This document shows, piece after piece, positions 48,041 through 60,734 of a stretch of DNA of 64,000 nucleotides. Source of the stretch: Octopus bimaculoides. Lineage: Eukaryota. The translations under genes and the position numbers were made by a program. The stretch covers positions 22,812,928 through 22,876,927 of the forward strand of contig NC_069001.1 of assembly GCF_001194135.2 (NCBI RefSeq), given 5' to 3'. The notes under the pieces were generated by a model. The model saw only the letters and a list, made by a program, of their open reading frames with translations, was not told the origin of the DNA and did no database searches. Position 1 is the stretch's first letter. Every line of letters begins with the position of its first letter.

Positions 48041-50149
48041 ATCTTTAATCAACGTTATGGAAACAGAACCACAGCATTATTCAATATATGTTCTAAAACA
48101 GCAGAGTGTGATTTGAGGAAGATTTGAAAAGCTACACAGATGTTCACTTAAGTTTTCAGAAAAATTAGATGTTTAGCTGGATGTAAATCAGTGCCACACT
48201 TATTTATGCATTTATGCTGAGACTAAACCTGCTAGTTTTTATTGTTGTGAGTCTAACTATCACCTTAGATTTACTTTCATATACTGAGCCACTGCTTTTA
48301 ACCCTTTAGCATTTGGATTACTGTATAACATACTGTAAAATGTAATGTTTATTCATAATGTTTTGAATTAATCATTTATTGTTTTGTAGCTTTGAGATTT
48401 TGATGATGTGATTATTTATTTTTAGAATGATACAATTGCCAGGAGCATGATACATGCTACTGGGTCATACTTGATTAGGTGCTGTTTTTACTAACTTTTA
48501 AGTTAAGCTCTATAGATTTTCTATATAATTCAGAGCTAACACTGCAATTTACAATGTTTCTTAAAAAAATATGTCTGTATAAACAATGCGATCAAAGACA
48601 GAAAAAAATTAAGAGATGGGTGTATATTCATATTTCAAAAGTTATTGTCGTTTCATCAGGATCCTCATCTGACACATCAACTATCCATGAACACTTAATA
48701 TATTTTGCAGTATATTATGATTGTAAAATGAAATACTGTGGCCTTGCCAGCAAATAAACAGACATACCAGTTGTTTTTACTAAGTGTCTTAAGTGCCTCT
48801 GTAGTGAAGAGGCTGATATAGACACTTTTTAACAAGTTGACTCATGACCTCAGCAGACCATCTAAAAGTTGACAACTGGAGAGAGAGAGAGAGAAGGGTG
48901 GGGTAAGCCAGTACTAAACTGGTACTCCTTTTTAGCTAAGTAAACTGGAGTAAAGTAAAAGGAAGGGCCTTGCTGGAAGATACAATGCACCATCCTATCA
49001 GAGAACTGAACCTGCAACCTTATGATCATGAGCCTAGCACTCAAACATCTATACATACATATGCACACACATGCATACACAAACATAGACGTGTGTGTGT
49101 GTATGTATGTATCAAAAAATATTACAGAATTCTTGTTCATAAGAACGAAATCAAAGAAAAAAACCTGATTAAAGACCTCAATATCTGTTGATAGCATTGT
49201 AGAGTATATATATTTATTAAAATCAAAAACTTTGATTACTGACAGATGTGCCCTGGTTTCTTCTCCCAACAAAAGAAATGCAGGCACAGCTGTCAGTAAT
49301 CAAAGTTTGAATGTGTGTGTGTGTGTGTGTGTGAGGTAGCTTTCCTTCTTGCTTGGGAAGAAAGCTAATTATTAGTCTGCAATTGTAAAGATTCAATCGC
49401 TGATAGGCTTTCAGTGTCTTATTAACCTTTATTTGCACTCTGTGAATGTTGCATTAATGCATACATTTCAATTAAACTCTTTCTGAACCAGCTGTAAATT
49501 AGGGTCAGCTGTGGTTACTCCTAATTTAGCAGCCAGCTGAAAATGGACAGGTTTTAAAATGGAACTGTACTTTGTGAGGTTTCAGTGATTCTATTATCAT
49601 TTTGCTCGCTCTGTTTTCATGTTGAAATAATGACTGTATAATTAGTGATAGTTGAAACATCAGAGAGTTTAACACAACACACAAAACCCAACATTGTAAG
49701 GGAAAGAAATTAACTAATACGTTGCTTTTAATTGGAAAGTTAGAAGATAGCAAGGTAGCAATTGATCAGCTTTAGGATTTTATGAAACATTAATTAATAA
49801 ATATGATGCAGCAATTTCAGTCAAAACAATTATTAACATTAAAATATATATATGCATGTGTGTGTATATGTGTGTGTGCACGTGTACATGTATGTGCATA
49901 CATGCATATATTATACTTTATATGTGTATGTATTTATACTTGTCTTTGGAGTTTTGTTTTGCTTTGTTTTAAACCAATTGTCAATTGCTGAGTGTATACA
50001 ATTTCAGTCATTTGTAATGTAATTATGTATTAGTATGTATGAACTACACACACACACACACACACTGTGTATCTACATATATGCATGTGTATACACAATC
50101 TATACATATCTCTCCCCATTATATGTGTGTATGAATGTATATATATATA

Positions 50150-50208
<59 letters not shown>

Positions 50209-50788
50209 TTATATATATATAGATATATATGTATGTTTGTGTGTATATATATATATATATATATATACAATGGGTTTCTTTCAGTTTCCATCTACCAAAT
50301 CCACTCACAAGGTTTTGGTCAGCCCAAGGCTATAATAGAAGACACTTGCCCAAGGTGCTACACAGTGGAACTGAACCTGGAACTATGTGGTTGGTAAGCA
50401 AGCTAGTTACCACACAGCCACTCCTTGTATGCATTCATATACACACATAATTATATATATAAAATTTCTGAACCAAAAGGTTTCAGAAATTGTATATCTG
50501 AATTTTCCATGTGGTTCATGTTATTTTGACCAAAGTTGTTGACTTTGTTTGTATAATTATTATTTTCTGTAAATGATTGCGCAGCAGTTGTTGGTCTTCA
50601 TTGTATAATTAGTGGAGAGTAATGATTAGATCTGAAAGTGTCAATCGTATTTGTATGCTAGATACACCCTCAAAAACTATATAATGGATGAAATCAAAGG
50701 TGTTAGCAATGAATTAAATGCTGTTGGGCTTCCAGTTCATGCCTGGCTTATTGCTGTTTCAGATTCCATAATTTTGATTCTCACTCTT

Positions 50789-50826
<38 letters not shown>

Positions 50827-50972
50827 CAGACACTAAATTTCTGTCTATTCAGCTGTCTTTTCTTCATTTTCTTCATTTGTTTCATCCTCTCTCTTCTGAT
50901 ACTTGGTTTTATATATTTTTGTCCATAGCACTTTTTATCCATCTCTTTCTCTGTCATTCTTTCTCTCATTTC

Positions 50973-51008
<36 letters not shown>

Positions 51009-51304
51009 GTCTTGAATCTTATCTATATCATTGTTTATTTTTTAAAAATTTCTCTCCTTTATGTCTGATAATATCTATATATTTCTTTCTTACCTCTTTT
51101 CAGTTCTCTCTCTCTCTCTCTCGTTCACTCTCTCCTGCCTATCACCTTGGCAACCATTTTTCTTGAAAGAGAAGAGAGACTGCAGTAAAATGTAAGACCT
51201 CACCATCAGGGAATATTTCCCAAAGACTGGCCATCCTCTTCCTAGCCAGAAAATACTCAGTTCCCAATAGTTACCAACCTTCTACAGTGAGAACAGCAAT
51301 AGAA

Positions 51305-51525
51305 TATTGGCTTTTGAAATTTTGACAAAAGGCCACTAATTTGAGGGGAAAGAGTAAGTTAATTAGATTGACTCCAGTACTCGACTGGTATTTATTTTAT
51401 TAACACTGAAAGTTTGAAAGGCAAAGTCAACTTTGGAGAAATTTGAACTCAGAATGTAAAAATGGAAGAAATGCTATAAATAGTTTGCCTGGAATGCTAA
51501 TGATTCTGCCAGCTCACCACCTTGA
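51305..51525 (-). mobile_element. SINE family B
   Basis: GAAAGGCAAAGTCAACTTTGGAGAAATTTGAACTCAG ... GATTCTGCCAGCTCACCACC. Confidence 0.8.
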
Positions 51526-52254
51526 AGAACAGCCATAGTACTGCAACAATACATACAGACACCTTAGACTACACCCAAAACAAGGTGTCTCATGAAGTCA
51601 CACTCATGCTTTTCTGTCAATTTGCAGGTGTTCAACAGCAAAAAAAAACACAAAACTAGTTAGAAGAAATGTCTGGTTTTTCCTTCCCCTTCCCCCGTTC
51701 ACTTGGTCAAAGAATAATGTTAGGCAGGCCAGCGATATTTTCATCTAATTATAACTTTTAACCCTCCTGCAGTTATTTTTTATGATAAAAACATTGAAAA
51801 TAATCAAACCTCTATAATGTCACTTAAACTACACTGACAAATTTTCATTTTTATTTACTGTGTCTCAATGAAGTTGCAATACCCATGACCATTGCAAGCC
51901 TTTATCACCAGAAAACATGATATTGTTAACATCCTGCTTAAACTATTGAAGTTAGGTACTGTAGAAGACCCATGAGCATGGAAGGAACTCCAGCCAGATT
52001 ACATTCTGGATAGGAGTAGGATTATGGACTAGTGTAGGAACTGGAGGGCTCAACACTGTTCAGATGATGAACAGAGGAGAGTTGAGTAAACTGGGAATGC
52101 CTAAGTCGAGCTAGAATGAAATCAGCCAGCACTGAGAAACTTTTATAGTAGTGGTTGAAAAGGTAGAGAGAGGAGACTGCATGCCAACAGTGAACTAGAA
52201 ATAATTGTTACTGAAAAACCCCTATTTGTCATTGAGGAATATTATTTTAATTAC

Positions 52255-52560
52255 CTCAGCCTTGGAGTGGATTTGGTTGAGAGAAAATGAAAGAAGCCTA
52301 TTGTATATATGCATATACACACATATATACATGTGCGCTCGCATGTGTGTGCCTTTGTATTTGAGTTGTGTTTATCCCTCGATACTGCTTGACGACTGAT
52401 GTTGGTTTGCTTACCTCCCCAAAACTTAGCTGTTTGGCAAAAGAGACTGATATTATATGTGCCAGATTTTAAAAATAAGTACTGAGGTTGTTCTGTTTGA
52501 CCAAAACCTTCAATGTGGTACTTAAACATGGCTGCAGACTGAAACAAGTAAAGAACCACA
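52255..52560 (+). mobile_element. SINE family A, 5'-truncated (other fragments at 50270-50425, 55610-55740, 55920-56145)
   Basis: GAGTGGATTTGG..GAAAGAAGCC..AAAAGAGACTGATA..GACTGAAACAAGTAAA. Confidence 0.75.
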
Positions 52561-52829
52561 GATAAAAGAACTTCAGGAGACAACTCAGGGCATGTTTCAG
52601 TTTACTAAGACATCATCAGCAAAGCATAAAATTTCTGTTTTTGTTAAAATAATAAAAACAATGTTAGTTATTCATCACTATTTTTTTTTCTTTCCTATTT
52701 GATTATTTCCATTTAGTTTTTAATACTTTTTACACAAATATATTAGCACAAACTTAACTATTCTTTTTCATGCCAATTTAACATCACTGTGTAATCTATT
52801 ATGAGAGGTGATACACACACCTACTGATT

Positions 52830-53151
52830 GGTTATATGAACACCAATGTACACACCTACAGCACTCAGAAACCATTTACACTGCAACCGGAAATAATGAT
52901 TCTTTACAACTGGCAGAAGGCCATACATTTACCAGAGATGGCTTAGAGTCTATTGAATCAATTCCATTACATGACTGGCAAATATTTTATTGACCCCTAA
53001 ACAGATAAAAGACATAGTTGGTACTGATGGGATTTGTACTTGGAATACAGAAGCACATAACTAAACACATTAAGACATTTAGCCTGGCACTCTACCATTT
53101 TACTTTCTCTACTACCGTTAATGGTTTCTTACATTGGCACAATGCCACCCA

Positions 53152-53152
<1 letters not shown>
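52830..53152 (+). mobile_element. Possible Helitron PIF1-helicase relic
   Basis: Ordered weak matches: DSLQLAEG (cf. LLxIGEG), ILLTPKQ (cf. AILxPKN), HWHNATQL (cf. GLCNGTRL). Confidence 0.35.

Positions 53153-53154
<2 letters not shown>

Positions 53155-53211
<57 letters not shown>
53155..53211. repeat. (TG)n microsatellite, representative of dozens of (CA/TG), (TA), (GA), (AAT), (GATA) tracts
   Basis: Direct; other long tracts include 14137-14195, 26650-26730, 29337-29412, 37030-37085. Confidence 0.95.
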
Positions 53212-53213
<2 letters not shown>

Positions 53214-54030
53214 GAGGGGTGGGTAGATACAACTGAATTGGCTTTGGTACATGACTAGAAAGTAATACTGAACCTCGTGAGATTTGAACTCAGTATGTAA
53301 AATGACAGAATTATATACTGACAATGATAAAGCACAACAATAGAAATCAGTAATGAGGTGAGCCGCTCCATGGTCACTTGCTATGCTAGAAATCACAGCA
53401 AAATCTCCATCATATCGCACCATACCATCATTAAATAATAAAGTTGTAGATGCACTATGCTTGTAAAGTAAATTATGAGAAGGCCATAGTTGGAATGTAT
53501 TTAATTATAGTTTCAATTGATCAGAGCTGATATGGAACTAAATAACAATAAATAAATTACTTCTGTTGTCTACTGACTACTGTAGAACATGAATATCTTC
53601 TTTGTTCTTTAAGTAGCCACAACTAAGATGTGTTTCACCATACTGCACCAAGAATCTCAACACCCACCCCCATTAACTTTGGTAGATTCTTTTATTCATG
53701 TTGTGTGTCTCAACCAATAACATCAATATAGTTGAATAGTCTTCTTCTACTATGAGATTGTGAAAGTCTCCAAGATATAACATATAGTATGGCCTGGTGT
53801 TTAGCAGGAGAGCAGTGGCCAGCAGAACCTACCCTGCATTGAGCTATAGTAACAGAGACAGATAGAGTGTGTCATCAACTGCTTATTTGGTCTTGTTCTC
53901 ATGCCATGATATGCTTTGATCCCCTATGAAATGTTTAAGTATATCAACAAAATAATCATGGAGCTTCTTATAGTATAGGTTTTGGGCTCCATAGTGAAGT
54001 ATGTTTCTGCATTGTCCTGAAGAAAGCCAA

Positions 54031-54208
54031 CCCTTTAGCATGCTTATTTATTCACATTGTCTTGCATTTATTCTGCATTATCTTGTAGCTTTGAGATTTT
54101 GATTGAGTAACTGTATATTTTTGTAGGGAAGGTGAGAAAAGCTGGATCTGGCCACTTTGAACATAAAATAGGAACAATATTTTGGCTGGATATGGCTGCT
54201 TTAAATGC
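54031..54208. mobile_element. TTAA-type MITE, degenerate
   Basis: CCCTTTAGCAT start; homologous to 58249-58467. Confidence 0.65.
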
Positions 54209-54734
54209 CTGATTTCTAGATGTTGTGCAGCTTCTGATAAGGCCAGTCTTGTCCCTTGCATGTCAGAAAGTCTTTTATTATTACCAAACGTAAAGGACCA
54301 ATCAATGCTTAGATGGCTAACATAAAACCTATTGGCCTGTGGTAGATGGTTTGTTAATTACTTTATGGAAAGAATAACAAAATTAACACATCCTCTTTAG
54401 AATGAATTAATTGCTTCAGACTAGGAAGGGTTTAGAAATAAAATAACTGTAAATATAAAATTTTTGACTATCACGACTACAGAAGTGTGATTTTTGAATA
54501 TACAGTATGTAAGTCATTGAAATTCTGGACAGGAAACAATATTCAACATTATTTCACTTCTCTTAGCTATCAGGAATAAATGAGATAACATGTGAATGCA
54601 GCTTGCCATATACTCTTATATAATTCAAGGGTGGATATATATAACATACACTTAGTATAAAAATAAGGATGTCTCTAGTCAAACTCCATGTGGTTGCTTA
54701 CTGTGTTTGAACTAGCAGTTACATTTCCCTTAAC

Positions 54735-55380
54735 CTCTCAGTGCTGGGCTCCTGAGCAAAAGAAGGAATAGTTGTATACACAGTTCCAGGCACTCTAATG
54801 GACAGAATCACAAAAGGTTTCAGGAGAATAACAATAGGACTATCACTGAACTACTGTACTTGTTCACTGCAGGCAAACTAATCGACAGAATCACAAAAAA
54901 AATTCAGGCGAATGCCAATAATAGGCTTACTTTCAACAACCATATTTGTTCACCTGAATCGTTGTTTTCATCATCACTTTCACCTGTTTAATTGTCTAAA
55001 TCACTTTCATTGTCTGCATAAGGGTAAACTCATTGTCCAAAGAATAAATATCATCAATAATTTCCTCAACTGTGAAGAGTCTGGGCCTTGCCCATTTATC
55101 AGACAAAAGGCTGGGTTCATTACAGGCTCATTTCATTCTGTTTTTTTTTTTTTTTGTTTTCTGATTAAAAACAAAAGTAAACAACAACTATGGTTGACAC
55201 CATTAACAATGAGTGATAAACACTCACAACTACAAAGCTGCAACATGATCAGTTGTCTATTTTTAGTATTCTATCTTCTTCTCTATGTTTGTTGTTCATT
55301 ACTACTTTAGAGGGACCCTGGTAGAGATTACATTTACTTCAGAAAAGGGAGCAACAAATTAGTTTATGTAGTCTAAGATA
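54735..55380 (-). pseudogene. Decayed intron-containing unit with acidic ORF, copy A
   Basis: Intron-like 55227-55161 (GTGAGT..TTTTAATCAG) and 54930-54752 (GTAAGC..TTTGCTCAG); RPRLFTVEEIIDDIYSLDNEF / YADNESDLDN*TGESDDENNDSGEQ. Confidence 0.5.
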
Positions 55381-55730
55381 TTTCATGTCATTCAGTCATG
55401 AATGGAATGCCTTAGATCATAGCTCCACCCAGTCACAGCTGACCTGGGATTAAACAATAGAAACAACTATTAAACTGGAGCAAAGCATGTTTTGATAATA
55501 CTTTATTAGGAAATATATCTCAGTATGGAGAGTTAAAAGTTTGACATAGAATCAGTAAGAAACTTGCACCCCCATCATTAAAAGAATCCTTTTTAAATGG
55601 TTCTCAATCTTATAGTTCTGGGTTCAGCCCTACTGTGTGGCACCTTGAGCAAGTGTCTTCTACTATAACCTCAGTTTGACCCAAACCTTGTGAGTGGATT
55701 TGGTTGACAGAAACTGATAGAAGCTTGTCG

Positions 55731-55794
<64 letters not shown>

Positions 55795-56400
55795 ATATCA
55801 CAAACTTAACAAAAGCACAACAAATGGAAATATTACCAAAGCTTAACAAACAGAATATTCATAACTTATTCCTCATCAGTCAATGTCCAAAAGACCATTA
55901 TAATTTCGCGCTTTTTATGTGTGTGTGTGTGTCTGTGTTTGTCCCTCACTTACCACTTGACAACTGGTGTTGGTTTGTTTACATAACTGTAACTTAGCAG
56001 TTCAGTAAAAGAGGTTGACAGAATAAGTAACATGCTTAAAAAAGAAACAAAAAGTACTGGGGTCACTTCATTTGACTCAAAATTCTTCAAGGTGGTGCCC
56101 CAGCATGGCTGCAGTCTCACAACTTGAACAAGTAAAAGATAAAGGACAGTATCCCTTCAGATACTCCTGTATCAATTTGAGACTGCCTCGGTACTCTCAT
56201 TAATGAAACAGTGATTGATCAGCTGAAAACCTCTTGATGTTGTCTTCCAAATGTGTAATAAACTAAAGCAGTATAAAAATATTGAGCAGTGGATCATCAA
56301 AAAGAGAGGTACAGGTGTGACTGTCTGGTTGAGAAATTCTGAGTTCACTCCACTGAGTGGCACCTTGGACAAGTATTTTTTTTTTCTATAGCCTTTGCCC

Positions 56401-56688
56401 GTGGGATATGGCGTAGTGGTTAAGAGCGCGGGCTACTAACCCCAAGATTCTGAGTTCGATTTACGGCAGCGACCTGATTAATAATAGTAATAATAATAAT
56501 TATAATATAATAATAGTTTCATCGTTAGGAATGAGAACCCAGGTTCGAAATTTCCCCAAGACACCTGACGAAGGCTGGAGGGTATATCAGCCGAAACGTT
56601 GTGTTAACAACAAACAAGATGAGGACAAATATCCGTCAAATGTAAATAATGTAAATAATTCCTCATCTCTTAAATATAGAACTGTGTC
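56401..56688 (+). mobile_element. tRNA-head/(TAA)n/hammerhead-tail SINE-like element
   Basis: A box TGGCGTAGTGG, anticodon-like arm GCGGG-CTACTAA-CCC, B-box-like GTTCGA, (TAA)n linker, then a tail matching 9241-9370. Confidence 0.85.
56560..56605 (+). ncRNA. Minimal type-I hammerhead ribozyme motif
   Basis: GACAC-CUGACGA-A-GGCUG(GAGGGUAUAU)CAGCC-GAAAC-GUU-GUGUU. Confidence 0.65.
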
Positions 56689-56789
56689 AACCCTTCTACC
56701 TAGAAATACCTTTTGCTAGGCAAGGGTTTCAGCCCTATGCAAACCCATTTTTACCTCTGGGAAGAGGTGATCAATATTAGCCTGGCCTT

Positions 56790-57000
56790 TAAGGCAGTGA
56801 ACTGGCAGAATCATTAGCACACTGGGCAAAATGCTTAACAGCATTTCATCTGTCATCAGATTCTGAGTTTAAATTTCACTGAGGTTAGCTTTGCCTTTCA
56901 TCTCTTTAGGATCGATAAAATGAGTACCTGTTGAATACTGGGGTTGATGTAACTGACTCATCTCTCCCCTAAAATTGCTGGACCTGTGTCAAGATTCAAA
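56790..57000 (+). mobile_element. SINE family B
   Basis: GGCAGTGAACTGGCAGAATCATTAGCAC ... CTTTGCCTTTCATC. Confidence 0.8.
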
Positions 57001-57544
57001 TCAACATTAGCCTGGCCTTTTTCTTGTGACCTGCCCAGCATGGAAACCCTACCAAGTGTTTGCACTTCACTTGCTTAGCTCTCTGGGTTACCAAAACACA
57101 CACAAGGCACTACACTGTAACAAGGACTGAACCTTTTTTCATTACAACATATTTATATCCAGTTTGATTATTTCAAAGCTCTCTGCTTTATATAGAATGA
57201 AGAACTAACAACTTTTTCTTATAAGAACAATCCCAAAACAGACCAATGTACAATATAACACAGAACAGAGATAAAACAAATGAATATTATGTGGAAACCC
57301 TATGATTTTTCACTCATGTGCTCCCATTGTAGACTGGTTAATGATCATCATTTAAATGCATAATGCATGAGCTACAGACTCTTGGTAGCTGTTTAATTAG
57401 TTTTTTGATGTTGGTTGTAATGGCAATTTGTAGGGCCCTGACCAGGGCTCCATAACAAAGGAAATGTTTTGTTTTTAAGATGACAGAGAATGATGAATGG
57501 TTTTAGGGAGATTTTACTGCTGTTTCTAGTAGGTCTAGATACCT

Positions 57545-58240
57545 TGCAGAAGCTCTCTCTCATGAAAGAATAACTCTCTCTAACCTGGGCGAACCTGTGT
57601 CCTCCACCTGGGATCCTGAGCAAAAAAATAAATAGTTGCATTTACAGCTCAATCGTAATGATTGACGGCAAACAAATGGACAGAATCACAAAAAAGATTA
57701 AGGAGAATAACAATAATAGGCCTATCCTTCAACAACCATATTTGTTCTCCGGAGTTGCTTCTTTCCTCATCACTTTCACCATTTTGATTGTCCGAATCAC
57801 TCTCATTGTCTGCATAAGGATAAACTTTTAGTCCAAAGAATAAATACCATCAATAATTTCCTCAACTGTGAAGAGTCTAGACCTTTCCCATTTACCAGAA
57901 AAAGTCCTGGGTTCGTTACACACTCGTTCCATTACAAAAAAAGAAAAATCCGATATTTTTCTGATTAAAATCAAAAGTAAACAATAACAACAACAATGGG
58001 TAACACCATTAACGAGTTATAAACACTCACAACTACAAAACTGTAACATGTTCAGTTGTCAGTTATTAGTATTCTATCTTCTTTTTCTATGTGTACTTTT
58101 CATTACTGCTTTGATGTATATGTGGACAAGATTACATTTAGGCTTTTCCATGCTATACTAGAAACAGAGCACAAGAGGGTTAAATAACAACTTACTATCC
58201 AGGAAAGGGAGCAACAAATAAGTTTATGTAATCTAAGATA
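57545..58240 (-). pseudogene. Decayed intron-containing unit, copy B (partial copy C at 58472-58645)
   Basis: Aligns to 54735-55380; intron-like 58030-57961 retained; RSRLFTVEEIIDGIYSLD* / YADNESDSDNQNGESDEERSNSGEQ. Confidence 0.5.
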
Positions 58241-58248
58241 TTATTTCA

Positions 58249-58467
58249 CCTTTTAGCATTTAAACCGTCCATATCCAGCCCTAATATTCTACCTTTTTAT
58301 GTTCAAAGTAGCCAGACCCAGCCTCTTACACCTACCCTACAATGTCATTCTAAATGTAAACAATCCCATTATTGAAATCTCAAAGCTACAAGATAATGCA
58401 TGATTAATTCAAAGCAATATCAATAAATAAACAACACAAGAGACAGAGAAACCTGAATGCTAAAGGG
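58249..58467. mobile_element. TTAA-type (piggyBac-like) MITE, full length
   Basis: TIRs CCTTTTAGCATT / AATGCTAAAGGG followed by TTAA. Confidence 0.85.
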
Positions 58468-58804
58468 TTAATGCTGGGTTCATTACAAAATTACTTTCCT
58501 TTTTTATTATTAAGAACGTAAGTATACAATAACTGTGAGGGACGCCATTAACAATGAGTGATGAACACACTTGACTACAAAGCTGCAATGTGAGTGTTTG
58601 TGTATTTTTAGTATCTCATCTTATTCTGCGTGTGTTGTTCATTAGCATCTTAGCAGGCATCTGGCAGAGGTGGGGGTTTAAGCTACTTAAGCTCTGGCAG
58701 GAACATGGTATGACAGGATTAAGTTATATGATCTCTGAGAGCCTGAAGGTAAATAATTTTACAATAAACATTGTAGAGTTGCAAGGACAGTACTTTGTGA
58801 AAGC

Positions 58805-59110
58805 ACATAACTCAGGGGTTAGAACATTAGGCTCACATTCACAAGGTAGAGAGTTCAATTCCCGGACTTGGGCTGTGTGTGTTGTGTTCTTGAGCAAGAA
58901 ACTTTATTTCACATTTCTCCAGTTCACTCAGCTGTAGAAAGGAGTTGCAACGTAACTGGTCTTTCCCTTGGATAACATCAGTGGCATGGAGAGGGGTGAT
59001 TGGTATGCATGGGTGACTGCTAGTCTTCAATAAACAACCTTGCTTGGACTTGTGCCTTGGAGGGTAACTTTCTAGTTGCAAACTCATGGTCATTTGTGAC
59101 CGAAGGGGGT
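58805..59110 (+). mobile_element. tRNA-derived SINE with CORE-like block (family D-like)
   Basis: GAGTTCAATTCCC then GTTCTTGAGCAAGAAACTTTATTTCAC..CTCAGCTGTAG. Confidence 0.6.
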
Positions 59111-59904
59111 CTTTATTACTTCTTACTTTTCTCTATTGATGTCCATTGTTTTGTTTGCTTGTATTGATGTGCTCAGGTACTCTCATATTTCTCTAGAGTA
59201 GACAGAACAGTTGTAGTAGCGGTATTCATTGTAGCAGTGTTCATCTAGTTATTAGATTTAATTAAAATGCAAGAATTTAGAAGATATTAATTTTCTTGAT
59301 ATATACAAAAAAAAAAAAAAACTAAAGAAAAGAACATGTCAATTTGAAATATAAATGGTAAAGATCTCGTCCTGTTTAATGAACTCTACTGCTGCTACTA
59401 CTACTACTACTACTATCAACAACAACAACATAGCATGCCAGTAATTNNNNNNNNNNNNNNNNNNNNNNNNNNNNNNNNNNNNNNNNNNNNNNNNNNNNNN
59501 NNNNNNNNNNNNNNNNNNNNNNNNNNNNNNNNNNNNNNNNNNNNNNNNNNNNNNNNNNNNNNNNNNNNNNNNNNNNNNNNNNNNNNNNNNNNNNNNNNNN
59601 NNNNNNNNNNNNNNNNNNNNNNNNNNNNNNNNNNNNNNNNNNNNNNNNNNNNNNNNNNNGCTACTACTACTACTACTACTATCAACAACAACAACATAGC
59701 ATGCCAGTAATTTCTGAGTAATGGGAAATGTCAGGGAATTAATAAAAAGAACATTGTTCTAGTCAGTTTAGCAAATATTTTAATCTGAAAATTTTTTCCT
59801 GTTTAGGTTAAAAAAGGAAAAGCTTAAGAATAGAATGCTGAGTTCCTCTCACAGGCATGTTGATACATACATACATACATACATACATACATACATACAT
59901 ACAT

Positions 59905-60375
59905 ACCAGATGGAGTCAAAAGAGTTTTCATATTTCAAACTTTAATTAATAGTTCCAACAAATTACGTACAAAAAGTGTTTATTCATCAGGATATGTCTC
60001 ATCACATTCTATTGGCTGTTGCCATCCTTATGCTAGAAGCTCGATCCCATGCCTACATCATTTGCCTGCTTTAGAGGCAAAATAATCCCTGCACCCATTT
60101 TTAACCTTTTCCACGTTGTTGAACCTCTGTCTGTGTAGGAAATGAGGCATGGTTAAAAAAAGATGCTAATCTGATGGTGCAAGGCAGAGTGAAGTAGTAC
60201 TTCTGGCCCTTCAAGTGCCTCAAGTATGCACTTAGTTACATTGGCAGTACATGCTGGGGTACTGTCATGCTGTAGCAGTGCGCATCTTTGAACGACAAAT
60301 GCTGAATCTCAGGCTTTCAAAGCACCATATACTCGTGGTAAACTTCACATTTTTCCTTTTGGGACTGATGAAATA
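59905..60375 (-). mobile_element. Mariner transposase C-terminal relic
   Basis: LLQHDSTPACTANVTKCILEALEGPEVLLH (cf. LQHDNARPH..LPHP), then RFNNVEKVKN..YFASK. Confidence 0.75.
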
Positions 60376-60683
60376 AGAACCAGTTGAAAACTGGGGCTGA
60401 TGTAATTGACTTAGCTCTCACCCAAGCATTTCAGGTCCTGTGCCAATAGTAGAAAGATTTATTATTATTATTATTATTATTATCATTATTAAGGCTGCAA
60501 GGTGACAGAATCATTACCATGTCGGGTAAAATACTTAGCAGCATTTTGTCCATCTTTATTTTCTGAGTTCAAATTCCATCAAAGTTAACTTTGCCTTTCA
60601 TCCTTTGCAGGTTGATAAAATAAGTACCAGTTGAATCTTGGGGTGGATATAATCACCTATAGTGCCTAAAGTATAAAGGATTG

Positions 60684-60734
<51 letters not shown>

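Noticed and set aside
56401-56478. Functional tRNA gene
   Set aside because: No closing acceptor stem, an imperfect T arm, and it runs into a repeat tail; it is a SINE head.
57393-57545. ORF segment ending WSPGQGPT as a continuation of a piggyBac-like protein
   Set aside because: This stretch matches another SINE-like repeat in the window (e.g. 16880-17090, 53370-53550), so it is an insertion.
59390-59712. Duplicated (CTA)n(CAA)n-CATAGCATGCCAGTAATT around a gap
   Set aside because: A contig-overlap artefact is more likely than a real tandem repeat.
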